From the NCBI GenBank assembly GCA_050181465.1, contig JBFXDD010000005.1:22673-86672 (forward strand): a stretch of 64,000 nucleotides of DNA, in the 5' to 3' direction. The stretch is from Planctomycetota bacterium (GTDB lineage: Bacteria; Planctomycetota; UBA1135; UBA2386). Each line of letters starts with the position of its first letter. Positions within the stretch are counted from its first letter, which is position 1. The position numbers and the translations under genes were made by a program. Below the pieces are notes generated by a model. It was given only the letters and a program-made list of their open reading frames with translations. It was not told where the DNA came from and searched no databases. Shown one piece after another: positions 48,783 to 58,601 of the stretch.

Positions 48783-50126
48783 ATGAAGACCATCCTCAGC
48801 GTCCTACTTCTCTCGCTGATCTCAGCGCCCATTACGGCTCAGTCACTCACGGAGCTCAAGAAGCAACTTCGTGAGAAAGAAGCCGCGGCGGGCAAGGACC
48901 CTGGGGCGATGGTGGAAGTCGCGTCATGGGCGAAAGAGAAGGGGCTCGTTCGCGACATGCAGAGAATTCTGCAGGCGGTCCTCAAAGTCGACAAGGACAA
49001 TGAGAAGGCGAACGGTCTCCTCGGCTTCGTGAAACACGAAGGTGAGTGGATGCCGAAAGCGAAGGCCGAAGCAGCGATCAAGAAGGCCCTCGCCGAGGAA
49101 ATGAAGGCGAAGGGCATGATTCAGGTGGAGGACGTTTGGGTCACCAAGGACGAAGTCGCCGACGCGAAGAAGGGAATCTTCTGGCACGAGGGCGAACGCG
49201 TATCCAAGTTCGAGAAGAATCTGGTGATTCAGGGGTTGGTCCGACACGCCATCACGGGCGAGTTCATCCGACCCGAAGATCAACAGAAAGCTGAACAGGG
49301 GCTGTTTCCACTCGGCGACCGCTGGGGAAGCGAAGAAGAAGCCGACAAGTATCATGCGAGCCGTGAGACGCCTTGGGTCTATCGCTCACAGACAGCGAAC
49401 ATCGTGAGCACGCGGAAACTCGCACAAATCAAGGAACTCGCGATCGACCTGGACTCGGCGGTCGGCGACGCATCACGGGTGTTCGCCGGATTGATGCCGA
49501 CCCCGGCGAATCGCCCACTCGTCCTCATCGCCGAGGACGAGGAGCACTACAAGACGCTTGGCGCGCAAGTGGGAGCCGAGGGCTCTGCTCACGGCGTGTT
49601 CCTCAGCGACCAGCCGTTCGAGGTGAGGAACCTCGGCCAGGTCCGGCCGACGATCATGAACTGGCGCGACGACTGGGGGCCATACTGGGTGCGTCACGCC
49701 GCCGGCCTGGCTTGGACTGCCGGTGTCGCGGCGGACCTGAGCATGGAATTCCCGTTGTGGTTCAGCCGGGGTGTGGCCGGCTACGTGGAGCGTTTCAGTG
49801 GTCCAGGCGTCGCCCAGCACTTCGGTCGCGAACACCTGAAGAAGGGCGGGGTGAACGGACTCGCCGCCTGGTTCAACGGGTTCGCCATCTCCCCGGACCT
49901 CGAACCACGCATGATCGACTTCAACGTCTTCCAGGCGGGCCTTCTGTTCAGTTTCGCCATGGAAGGCGGAGATGGCGACGCCACAGCGGCCCTGACCGCG
50001 GTCACGACTGCAGCACGCGCCGCGGACGCCAAGCAGCTTCAGAAGGCGATCGAACAGTTCCAAGCGACCCTCACCAAGGGTGAGGAGGGGCTGCGGAACC
50101 ACCTTCGGAAGCTCGTGAACATCTGA
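48783..50126 (+). CDS. Secreted hypothetical protein with short G-rich aromatic repeats and a peptidase-MA-like C-terminal domain lacking HExxH
   Basis: Signal peptide; GFVKHEGEWM, GMIQVEDVWV, GIFWHEGERV; PLWFSRGVAGYVE. Confidence 0.75.
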   Translation: MKTILSVLLLSLISAPITAQSLTELKKQLREKEAAAGKDPGAMVEVASWAKEKGLVRDMQRILQAVLKVDKDNEKANGLLGFVKHEGEWMPKAKAEAAIKKALAEEMKAKGMIQVEDVWVTKDEVADAKKGIFWHEGERVSKFEKNLVIQGLVRHAITGEFIRPEDQQKAEQGLFPLGDRWGSEEEADKYHASRETPWVYRSQTANIVSTRKLAQIKELAIDLDSAVGDASRVFAGLMPTPANRPLVLIAEDEEHYKTLGAQVGAEGSAHGVFLSDQPFEVRNLGQVRPTIMNWRDDWGPYWVRHAAGLAWTAGVAADLSMEFPLWFSRGVAGYVERFSGPGVAQHFGREHLKKGGVNGLAAWFNGFAISPDLEPRMIDFNVFQAGLLFSFAMEGGDGDATAALTAVTTAARAADAKQLQKAIEQFQATLTKGEEGLRNHLRKLVNI

Positions 50127-50147
50127 CCCCGCTCCCGGAAGGCAACC

Positions 50148-50172
50148 CAAGTATCGCTTTCGCACATACTTA
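50148..50172. promoter_or_regulatory. 25-bp imperfect palindrome with the same geometry as the 34656 motif
   Basis: CAAGTAT-N11-ATACTTA in the intergenic region upstream of the 50345 gene. Confidence 0.35.
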
Positions 50173-50344
50173 GGACCATCCATCGGCCATGCGGAGGGCC
50201 GCGGCGTCGCGAGAGAACGCCGAAGCCTCACACGCGTCGACAGGGGTCGTGCGCGACTCGGCCACCTTCGACCCGATCCCCGGCGCTCGCCGCACCGTCC
50301 CCGTGGCGAAACCCCTGCGGATCTCGCTCCGACAAGTTCCAACG

Positions 50345-52249
50345 ATGAACCCACGCCGATTCCTGTTCACCGCGCTCGCGCCGGTCACCTTGCTCGCGGC
50401 TTCTGCCGCCAACGGTCAAGGACCGCTGGCCGGGCTGCTTCCAGAGGACACCCTGGTCTACGTCTCGATGCCCGACATCGACACCAGCATCAAGGAGTTC
50501 GGGAACACGCCACTCGCCAAGATCTGGGCGGAGCCGCAGGTCCGCGACTTCTTTGCCGGGGTCATCAAGATGGCGGAGGAGCAGATTCAGCAGGGACTCG
50601 GTGAGGCGCGCAAGGCCTACGAGTCCGGGCAGTTCCCCTTCGATCCGGACGAACTCCTCAAGCTTCGCATCCGCGGACTCTCCTTCGCGGTCACGAAGAT
50701 GAACCTGCACATGCCCGAAGGCGCTCGGGAGCCACTTCCAGACTTCGGGTTGGTCATGCACGCCGACTTCGGTGATTCCGCACCGATCTGGCAGAAGGTC
50801 ATCAAGACCGGCATGGGGATGCTGGTAGCGGAAGCCGGCGACGAGGTGCAGTACACCGAGGAGTCTGTCGGCAACACTCAAGCGATGTTCCTTCGGCCCA
50901 GCGGGGAGACGGACATGCCGATGGGTCTGAACATGGCGTTCGCGGGCAACGGCCTGTTGCTGACCTCGCTGCGTCCGGACTTCGACCGCGTGCTCGGCAA
51001 GCTCAGTGCCTCGGGCACCGCAACCGACGCGAGTCTTCTTTCCTCGGCGCGATTCCAGAGCAGCAGCCGGAAGCTGACCTACGCCGGCTCCGAGATGGAG
51101 ATCTACGTCAGCGTCGCAGGAATGATGAACTTCGCGAGCGAAGTCCTTCACCTCGCTCGCGACCACGCACCAGACTTTCCGCCGATGCTGGACGTCGACG
51201 GGGTCGACCGAGCGATGCTCGCACTGGGTCTTCGCTCCTTCGAGTCTTTCGGCGCCACATGGCACTACCAAGGCAAGGGTGCGGTCAGCGAGTCGTTCGT
51301 TGCGATGCCGCTGGATGCCCGAAAGGGTCTCACGGCCGGAATGACTCCTCGACTCGATCAGTCGTTCCTCAAGTGGGTGCCGAAGGATGCAGTTTCCTTC
51401 AGCGCCTCGCGATTCGATATCGCGAAGATCTACCCAGCACTCGTCGGCGCCCTCCGGGCGTACAACGAAGACCTGGCGGAACAGATGCTCGGTCGGCTCG
51501 CCCAGATGGAAGAGCAGCTCGGCGTGTCGCTGGAGAAGGATGTCTTCGGCGCGTTCGGCGATGAGTTCTACTCGTGGTCGATGCCGATGTCTGGAATGAC
51601 GGGTCTGCCGGAGATGGCTTTCATCTTCAAGGTGCGGAACAAGGAAGGCCTGCTGCGCTCACTCGAGAAGATCGCCGCCCTGTCGCAGGGCTACGTGGTC
51701 ATGGAGAAGAGCCAGCGCAAGGGCGTCGACTACTGGCGCATGGAGATCCACATCGACGAGCTCGAGCAGATGGGTTCGATGAACCCACTCTCGATGCTCA
51801 CCCCGACGTTCTCGTTCACGGGCGATTACCTCGTCGCCGGCCTGTCCACTTCCGATGTTCGCCGCGCGACGGCTCGCATGGAGCGGGAAGACGACCCGAG
51901 CGGTGACATCCGATCCAACCCCGAGTTCGAGCCCTACGCAGGACAGATCCCGGCGGACATCAACTCACTGGGCTTCACCGATTGGAAGATCCAGTTCGAC
52001 GGCATCTACCAGGCGCTCTCCGGCGTCCTGGCGTTCATCCCGATGGGGGAAGAGATTCCGATCGATCCGTCCCTGCTGCCGGATTCGAGTGTGATCACGA
52101 AGCATCTCTTCGGTGCATTGTCGTGGTCGCGCGACTCCAAGGAAGGCATGTTCGCACACTCCGTGAGCCCGTTCGGACCGGAGATGTTTGCCGCGCTGGC
52201 CATCGGTGTCGGCGCGGGTCTCGGCGTGGCCTCGGTGGCCCGGTTCTGA
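50345..52249 (+). CDS. Secreted protein with C-terminal hydrophobic segment (DUF3352-like)
   Basis: Signal peptide; repeated LPEDTLVYVS / VPKDAVSFSA starts; LGVSLEKDVFGAFGDE; family assignment tentative. Confidence 0.7.
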   Translation: MNPRRFLFTALAPVTLLAASAANGQGPLAGLLPEDTLVYVSMPDIDTSIKEFGNTPLAKIWAEPQVRDFFAGVIKMAEEQIQQGLGEARKAYESGQFPFDPDELLKLRIRGLSFAVTKMNLHMPEGAREPLPDFGLVMHADFGDSAPIWQKVIKTGMGMLVAEAGDEVQYTEESVGNTQAMFLRPSGETDMPMGLNMAFAGNGLLLTSLRPDFDRVLGKLSASGTATDASLLSSARFQSSSRKLTYAGSEMEIYVSVAGMMNFASEVLHLARDHAPDFPPMLDVDGVDRAMLALGLRSFESFGATWHYQGKGAVSESFVAMPLDARKGLTAGMTPRLDQSFLKWVPKDAVSFSASRFDIAKIYPALVGALRAYNEDLAEQMLGRLAQMEEQLGVSLEKDVFGAFGDEFYSWSMPMSGMTGLPEMAFIFKVRNKEGLLRSLEKIAALSQGYVVMEKSQRKGVDYWRMEIHIDELEQMGSMNPLSMLTPTFSFTGDYLVAGLSTSDVRRATARMEREDDPSGDIRSNPEFEPYAGQIPADINSLGFTDWKIQFDGIYQALSGVLAFIPMGEEIPIDPSLLPDSSVITKHLFGALSWSRDSKEGMFAHSVSPFGPEMFAALAIGVGAGLGVASVARF

Positions 52250-52448
52250 CGCCGAGACGAACCAGGGTCTCCTGCCCAGCTTGCGCGAGGCAAGGTCGGC
52301 TGCTCGATCGGTTCGGTCCGAGTCCGAGCGCCGACCATTCGGGATCCTGATTCCGACACACGCCGCGAGCTGACTGAGCTGCGGGTTCGATTCTGCGCGG
52401 GGTTTCTACCCGGCGCGCGCCGACGACCTCGGCGTAACATCTCGAACG

Positions 52449-54890
52449 GTGTCGTCGCTCACCTCGCTTCCGCTGGCGCTCGTGCTCCCGATCCTTCTTG
52501 GTTCGGTCGTCACGACCGTCAGCACACAGGAAGACCTCGCTCTCCGAGCCGCCGGGTTGGCGAGGATCGGCGGCGCCGATGAAATCGCGGAGACCGGGCA
52601 CCTTGCCTTGGCTCAAGCCGTCCGCGATGCGGGCAACGATTCCAGCATCGCGATCGTGGCCTCGCATCCCGACGATCAATACCTCCTGCCCGCTGCATAC
52701 CTCCGTCTGCATCACGGCTACCGGGTGACGGTGATCATGATGACCCGGGGCGAAGGCGGCCAGAACAACTTCGGGCCGGAGGTGGGCGACACACTGGCAA
52801 CACTGCGAACTCTCGAGACCGAGGAGTGCGCGAGATCGCTGGGCCTACGCATCCACTATCTGAATCGTGCCGACGACGGCTACTGCCGCACCGCCGAAGA
52901 AGCGTTCGAGTCCTGGGGTGAGAACGTCACCGTTCGTGCACTGGCGTCCGCAATCCGCCGTACTCGGCCCGATATCGTCCTCACCACGCACCATCCTGAA
53001 GACACGCACGGTCATGACCTCGCGGTCGTGCGAGCGCTGCCTTTGGCAATCCGAATGGCCGGCGACCCGAACGTCGACCTAGCATCCGGCTCCGCTCATG
53101 GTGTCACTCGTGCATATCGAAGCGCCACACCGACGGAGGCGCCGTGGTTTGAACTCCCCACCGATGATGTCGAACCCGATCGAGGCCTGACCTACAGAGA
53201 AATCGCATACAGAGCGCTGACCCGCTCTCACCGAAGTCAGTCTCCATTTCGCGCCGAGGACGACTTCTTCCGGGGGGCTCATCGCTTCGTGGGTATCGAC
53301 GCCATCACATCCCCTCCAAGGAACATTCATTTCGGTCTCACCGACTCGCTCCGTGAAGCAGAGCAGTTGGGGCTGATCTCTGCCGCCCGTAACGAGGAAC
53401 TTCGAGCCGGCCTGGACGAGCTCCAGTACACCATGGGAAATCGCCCGGCGCTCGCGGCACGGGCTCTGGCAATTCGCGCAGAACTCGCGGCCCTCGATGT
53501 GCGATCCCACGAATCCATTCTGCCGCGAATCGCAGCGAAGCGGTCCGCGCTGGCGCGAATCGCGATGCACGCGATCGGGCTACGAGCGCGCCTCACCCCG
53601 TCACGTTCACTCGCGGCGGCCGGCGAATCCATCGGCCTGACGATCGACCTGTCGAGTGCCACACCACGCTCCCTGAATTCGTTCTCGCTGAGTTCGCCAG
53701 ATCTCGACATCCAACAACTGTCGCCTCCAGACGTCGACCGACCGCAGCCATGGCACATGGAGTTCGCGGTTCGCGTGCCCAACGGACCGCGGCGCATCGA
53801 CCCGCTGACGGATCTCTTTCGTCAGTCGGACTTCCGGATGCCCTGCATCTGTGAACTTCGATTCGAACTTGCCCAGGCCTCCGGATTGGCTGGGGTGGCA
53901 GATGTTCCGATCGAGTTGCCGCTCGCCCTTCAGCCGCCGGTGGACATCGATGTCGCCCCTGACAGCTTGCTGCTGACGAGTGGAGCACCCTACGTCGACT
54001 TCAATCTGCGAGTGCGGCGTAGCACTGCCGCGGGAATTCGCGATCGGCTGCGATTCGATCTGCCGACCGGGGTCACCATCGAACCGCCGGAGGCGGAGGT
54101 GGACCTCACGCAGGTCACGGAGTTGGGATTCCTCTTTCGGCTGAGGGTGGGGGCCGACTCGCGACAAGGGCCGCAGGTCGTTCGGGCTCACTTCGCCGAT
54201 CGCTCGCGGCGTCTCATCCTTCATCGCGTCGACGTGAAGGTGGATCGCAGGTCCCGCGTCGGACTGATACGTGGCGTGAACGATTCCACTCGCAACGTGC
54301 TCTCCCAGCTGGGCTGCGTAGTCGAGATCCTGACGGAGGATGTGTTGCCGACTCGCCGACTCGACGACCTGGATACCATCCTCGTCGACGTGCGTGCATT
54401 GAACCATCACCGCGCCGCACGAGCTGATCTGAATCGGCTCCTGCAATTCGCGAGCGACGGTGGGCGGCTCGTCTTCCTCTACCACAAGGACTCCGAAATC
54501 GACACGGCAGTGACCGGGAGGCGATTCTGGCCGAATGGACTCGAACTCAGCATCGGCCGCGAGAGAGTCACGCGGGAGGACGCCCCCGTCGAGGTCCTCC
54601 TTCCGAATCACGCGCTACTCAACGTCCCGAACGTGATCGCGGCCGAAGACTGGGACGGCTGGAGTCGGGAGCGGGGCCTCTACTTCCCGTCGAGCTGGCA
54701 CAGCCAGTATCAAGCTCTTGTCGCTCTACGAGACCCGGATCGAGAGATCGATCGCGGCGCACTCCTCTACGTGACCACCGGTCGAGGCGAGTATGTGTAC
54801 TGCGCCTTGGCGCTGCACCGCCAGCTCGAGAACCTCCATTCCGGAGCTTGTCGAATCCTGGCGAACCTCGTGTCGTTCCACCGGCAATGA
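52449..54890 (+). CDS. Large secreted PIG-L family deacetylase with Ig-like and glutamine-amidotransferase-like C-terminal domains
   Basis: ASHPDD, TRGEGGQN..GPE, R..E, IRRTRPD, HGH; WDGW..ERGLYF. Confidence 0.88.
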   Translation: MSSLTSLPLALVLPILLGSVVTTVSTQEDLALRAAGLARIGGADEIAETGHLALAQAVRDAGNDSSIAIVASHPDDQYLLPAAYLRLHHGYRVTVIMMTRGEGGQNNFGPEVGDTLATLRTLETEECARSLGLRIHYLNRADDGYCRTAEEAFESWGENVTVRALASAIRRTRPDIVLTTHHPEDTHGHDLAVVRALPLAIRMAGDPNVDLASGSAHGVTRAYRSATPTEAPWFELPTDDVEPDRGLTYREIAYRALTRSHRSQSPFRAEDDFFRGAHRFVGIDAITSPPRNIHFGLTDSLREAEQLGLISAARNEELRAGLDELQYTMGNRPALAARALAIRAELAALDVRSHESILPRIAAKRSALARIAMHAIGLRARLTPSRSLAAAGESIGLTIDLSSATPRSLNSFSLSSPDLDIQQLSPPDVDRPQPWHMEFAVRVPNGPRRIDPLTDLFRQSDFRMPCICELRFELAQASGLAGVADVPIELPLALQPPVDIDVAPDSLLLTSGAPYVDFNLRVRRSTAAGIRDRLRFDLPTGVTIEPPEAEVDLTQVTELGFLFRLRVGADSRQGPQVVRAHFADRSRRLILHRVDVKVDRRSRVGLIRGVNDSTRNVLSQLGCVVEILTEDVLPTRRLDDLDTILVDVRALNHHRAARADLNRLLQFASDGGRLVFLYHKDSEIDTAVTGRRFWPNGLELSIGRERVTREDAPVEVLLPNHALLNVPNVIAAEDWDGWSRERGLYFPSSWHSQYQALVALRDPDREIDRGALLYVTTGRGEYVYCALALHRQLENLHSGACRILANLVSFHRQ

Positions 54891-54892
54891 CT

Positions 54893-55282
54893 CTATTTCA
54901 TCGCCGGAAACTGCATTCCTTGGATGCTGCGACGAACGAAAGGAACGTCCACGGCAACGGCCGATGGAGAACTGCGAATCAGGCTGAAGTCGCTCACGGC
55001 GACCGAGGAGTAATCGCGATTCTGAAAGAGAATCTCCAGCCGAAGGTCGCCGTCCTCATCCTTGAGAAGCCACACCTTCGCGATGTTGCGGGCGGGAATC
55101 TCCACGATGTCGCCCTTGGTGTTGCAGTATTGCAGGACCGTGAAAGACCAGTTGGACTCCTGCAGGAAGGGATCTGCCGCGGCATCGACCTCGCGGCGCT
55201 CCTCGGGAGACTGCATGGACAGGAGGGGGAGCACGGCGGCGACGACACCCAGGACGATGGCGAGCTTGGAGGAGGACTTCAT
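54893..55282 (-). CDS. Hypothetical exported protein
   Basis: Signal peptide; AAGGA upstream; coding-like composition. Confidence 0.7.
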   Translation of the reverse strand: MKSSSKLAIVLGVVAAVLPLLSMQSPEERREVDAAADPFLQESNWSFTVLQYCNTKGDIVEIPARNIAKVWLLKDEDGDLRLEILFQNRDYSSVAVSDFSLIRSSPSAVAVDVPFVRRSIQGMQFPAMK

Positions 55283-55417
55283 GGTTCCTTTGCGAAGGCG
55301 GGATGGTCAGCGTTCGCGCCAAATGCTGTCCGTAGCACAGGGCACGTCGCGGATGCAGGTTAGCTGGAATCGGCACCGATGCCTCGTCGGGAACACTGAC
55401 CGTCGGAGGAGCCGGCC

Positions 55418-56506
55418 GTGAGGAGGTGCGTCAGTTCGGGTGAGACGGCCTGGTCGGCGGCCGTCTTCCCGTGGCGGCCGTGGCGGGCGACTTGGTGGAC
55501 GGTCCGCGCCGCCGCCATCCTCCTGATCCTGGCGATCCCGGCCGAGCGGAACGGACTCGCGGCGCAGCAGGCCCCAGTCGCGCCCCAGTTTCGAGTGCAT
55601 CTGGCGGACGATGGTCTGACCGATGTCCATCGCGTCCGCGCCGAAGAGCACCTGCGAAGCGCCCTGACGAAGCTGGCGCCCCGCTTTCCCGGCACGCCGA
55701 GTCGCCCCTTCGACGTCTTCCTGCATTCGGGCCTCGGTTCGCTGTCGACCGCCGACGCCACACACCTTCATCCGGGAACGCCTGGCTTCGCGGTGTTGGG
55801 GCAGGATCGCATCCACATCCTCTACGACCAGATCGAGCCGCGGCCGCCCAACGACTTGCGCACCGTGTTGCATCATGAACTCGTCCACGTCCTCGTCGAT
55901 CAGTTCGCCGGCGACAAGGGACGACTGGTCCCTCGATGGCTCCATGAAGGACTAGCGCAATCCCTGAGCGGCGAGACCTACCTCCGGGCGCGCGAGGTCG
56001 ATCTGCTCACGCCGCTGGTCCACGGCAGACTGCTTCCACTTCGCGCGCTCACCAGGGACTTTCCGGACGATCCCACACAACGACGGTTGGCGTATCACCA
56101 GAGCTACTCCTTCGTCGATTGGCTGATTCGCCGTCGCGGTCTTCGCGACATTCGGCAAGGCATTCTCTGGGCAACCGAGCTGGACAACTTCATCGGTGGC
56201 TTTGCGCACGTGACCCAGGTGCCGCTGATTCGCGAGTACGAACGCTGGCAACAGTGGATCACGCACGAGTCCGGTGCTCCGTGGCTGTTTCTCTTCCAGA
56301 ACTGCTTCTCCTACGTAATGATCCTGGGCTTCGTCGCGCTGGCCTACTCGGCGACCCGCGTTCACGCCCGCGAAGCTCGGACGCGTCGCCGGATGGACCG
56401 GGAGCTGTGGCTGCGAAGCCTCGTGGAACCCCGAATGCAATCGTCCCGAAACCGAAGTGAGCGAAGCGCCGCCGAGACCGAACAGCGCGAGAACTCCGGC
56501 GAATGA
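55418..56506 (+). CDS. Peptidase MA-like zinc metalloprotease with C-terminal TM
   Basis: HELVH, PRWLHEGLA, AY.QS.SFV; start uncertain. Confidence 0.85.
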   Translation: MRRCVSSGETAWSAAVFPWRPWRATWWTVRAAAILLILAIPAERNGLAAQQAPVAPQFRVHLADDGLTDVHRVRAEEHLRSALTKLAPRFPGTPSRPFDVFLHSGLGSLSTADATHLHPGTPGFAVLGQDRIHILYDQIEPRPPNDLRTVLHHELVHVLVDQFAGDKGRLVPRWLHEGLAQSLSGETYLRAREVDLLTPLVHGRLLPLRALTRDFPDDPTQRRLAYHQSYSFVDWLIRRRGLRDIRQGILWATELDNFIGGFAHVTQVPLIREYERWQQWITHESGAPWLFLFQNCFSYVMILGFVALAYSATRVHAREARTRRRMDRELWLRSLVEPRMQSSRNRSERSAAETEQRENSGE

Positions 56507-57141
56507 AGCTCCGTAGGCCCTGGCAATTCTGGTTGGTCGGCAAGGTGGGCTCGTGGATCCTTCGTGCCGTGGCATTCACCTTCCGCGGCGATCGCCGCTT
56601 CCCCAAGGGCATGCCGGCGGGCTTCTATCTCTGCCTGCATGGGGAGTTGATGTTGTTCGCCATGTTCGGGCGAGATCGACATCCGATCGGGCTTGTCAGC
56701 ACGCACCGCGACGGAGAAGTCATCGCCAGCGTGTTGAAGAACTTGGGGTGGGACCTGGTCCGCGGATCGAGCACACGCGGCGGTGCTCGGGCAGCGCTCG
56801 AGATCGCGAGATCCTGTCGCGATCGATGCGTGATGGTCACGCCGGACGGTCCGCGTGGACCACGCGCGAAAGTCGAGCCGGGACTCGTGCAACTCGCCGG
56901 TCTGTGTCGACTTCCGATCCGGATCGTGCGCTTCGAAGTCGGATGGCGGAAGAACCTGTCGTCCTGGGATCACTTCGTGGTGCCGTTTCCCTTCACGAAG
57001 GTCCGAGTCACGATCTCCGAACCGATCGAGATTCGTCCGCGGCTCTCCGACGCGGAAGCCAACGCCATCGCCGAATCGATAAGGGATCGCTTTCTCGATT
57101 CTCCGGTCGAGAACCCACCCGCAATCGCTGTCAGATCCTAG
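56503..57141 (+). CDS. DUF374 lysophospholipid-acyltransferase-family protein
   Basis: HG, S.HRDGE, RGSS.RGG, TPDGPRGP, SWD.F.VP.PF; TAG stop is part of the MITE CTAG. Confidence 0.9.
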   Translation: MKLRRPWQFWLVGKVGSWILRAVAFTFRGDRRFPKGMPAGFYLCLHGELMLFAMFGRDRHPIGLVSTHRDGEVIASVLKNLGWDLVRGSSTRGGARAALEIARSCRDRCVMVTPDGPRGPRAKVEPGLVQLAGLCRLPIRIVRFEVGWRKNLSSWDHFVVPFPFTKVRVTISEPIEIRPRLSDAEANAIAESIRDRFLDSPVENPPAIAVRS

Positions 57142-57321
57142 CCCGGACTCTTCGTGAACGTCTGTTGCGATCGCCACAAGTCGCATCCGGCGGCGGCGCT
57201 GTATCTGCTCCTCCCTGGCAGCCTAGCCACAGCTACGATTGGGTTGTCGACCGACGCGGCTCCTTCCTGGGCATCGACCTGCGGCGAACTCGCGACAACG
57301 TTGACGAAGAGTCCGGGCTAG
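57138..57321. mobile_element. MITE-like element, fourth copy
   Basis: CTAGCCCGGACTCTTCGTGAACG ... CGTTGACGAAGAGTCCGGGCTAG; 184 bp. Confidence 0.9.
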
Positions 57322-57343
57322 GATGCACTCAACAATCGCTGCC

Positions 57344-57667
57344 ATGAACCACCAAGCCAACGACCGACGACCGCACTCGATCGCCTTGCTCGTCATGGTG
57401 ACGATCTCGCTCCTGAGCCTACCGAGTTGCTTGGCGCACGAGCACACCGTGGGACTTGGTCCGAACGATCTCGGCTCCGAGTCCGCTCGACAGTTCTACT
57501 CCCTCGGTGGCCTGATGCGGTGGAACGAGGTCGATACGCAGCGCATGACGAAAGAACTGCGCAGCTATCGAATCACCACGTACTACTCGTGGGTGGACTT
57601 GCTGCTCGCCCCGATCCTGTTCCCTTTGCTCGGAACGACCTCACGAACCGTTCTGGTGGAACGCTGA
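57344..57667 (+). CDS. Bor/Iss-like lipoprotein
   Basis: Lipobox LPSC, H..G.G, QFYSLGGL, D.LL, SRTV.V. Confidence 0.7.
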   Translation: MNHQANDRRPHSIALLVMVTISLLSLPSCLAHEHTVGLGPNDLGSESARQFYSLGGLMRWNEVDTQRMTKELRSYRITTYYSWVDLLLAPILFPLLGTTSRTVLVER

Positions 57668-57674
57668 GCGCACC

Positions 57675-58601
57675 ATGACGCAGGAGACTCGGGTGATCCA
57701 ACTTGCCCCCGACGCGGGTGCCGGTCTCCTGGGTCGACTCGAGAAGACGCTCCCGACATCCACGGAATGGCGGACGATTCCTCACGCTCACTTCCAAGCT
57801 CGCGCGGAAGGGATCACCGCGACCCTCTACCTCTCGGGAAAGCTCGTCCTTCAGGGCGCCGGGATCGACGATTGGCTCCGACGCCATGTCAGCGAACTGC
57901 TCGATGCAGAGCGAGCGGCTCCCGGACACGACGAGAACGATCCAGCCATTCCATCGGATCGTTCGACCATCGGGTCGGACGAGACCGGTAAGGGTGACTA
58001 CTTCGGTCCGCTCGTCGTCACCGGAGCGTTCGTCACACCTGAGGTGGGTGCGGAGCTCTTCAAGATGGGAGTGCGAGACTCGAAGGATCTGAGCGAGCAC
58101 CGCACGCGACTCCTGGCGGGGCAAATCGAAGCACTCTGCGACGTCGAATGCTTGGTGCTGGAACCGGAGCGCTACAACCCAGCCTGGGAGAAGCTGCGGA
58201 ACGTGAACCGCATCCTCGGCGAGATGCACGCGCGCGTCTTGGCATCGTTGATGCAGCGACATCCCGAGACGCAATTACTCGTCGTCGATCGATTCGGTGA
58301 TCCCGAGTTCGTGACTTCGCGACTGGCGACGAAGGTTCAGAGTCACCCCGAACTCATCGTGACGCCGCGAGCGGAACGGAATCTCGCCGTGGCAGCCGCC
58401 TCGATCGTCGCCCGAGTCCGGTTCGTGGATGCCCTCGCCGGATGCAGCGACGCGTGCGGCACGGACTTGCCGAAGGGTGCCGGTGAACTGGTCGATCGCG
58501 CCGCTCAGCGGGTGTTCGACATCGGCGGCATTCCGCTGTTGTCCAAGGTCGCCAAGATGCACTTCCGGACGACGAAGCGGATTCACGGAGTGGGCGCATG
58601 A
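57675..58601 (+). CDS. rnhC: Ribonuclease HIII
   Basis: N-terminal TBP-like LYLSGKLVLQG; IGSDETGKGDYFGPLVV, GVRDSK, AVAAASIVAR, LPKGAG, AKMHF. Confidence 0.93.
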   Translation: MTQETRVIQLAPDAGAGLLGRLEKTLPTSTEWRTIPHAHFQARAEGITATLYLSGKLVLQGAGIDDWLRRHVSELLDAERAAPGHDENDPAIPSDRSTIGSDETGKGDYFGPLVVTGAFVTPEVGAELFKMGVRDSKDLSEHRTRLLAGQIEALCDVECLVLEPERYNPAWEKLRNVNRILGEMHARVLASLMQRHPETQLLVVDRFGDPEFVTSRLATKVQSHPELIVTPRAERNLAVAAASIVARVRFVDALAGCSDACGTDLPKGAGELVDRAAQRVFDIGGIPLLSKVAKMHFRTTKRIHGVGA

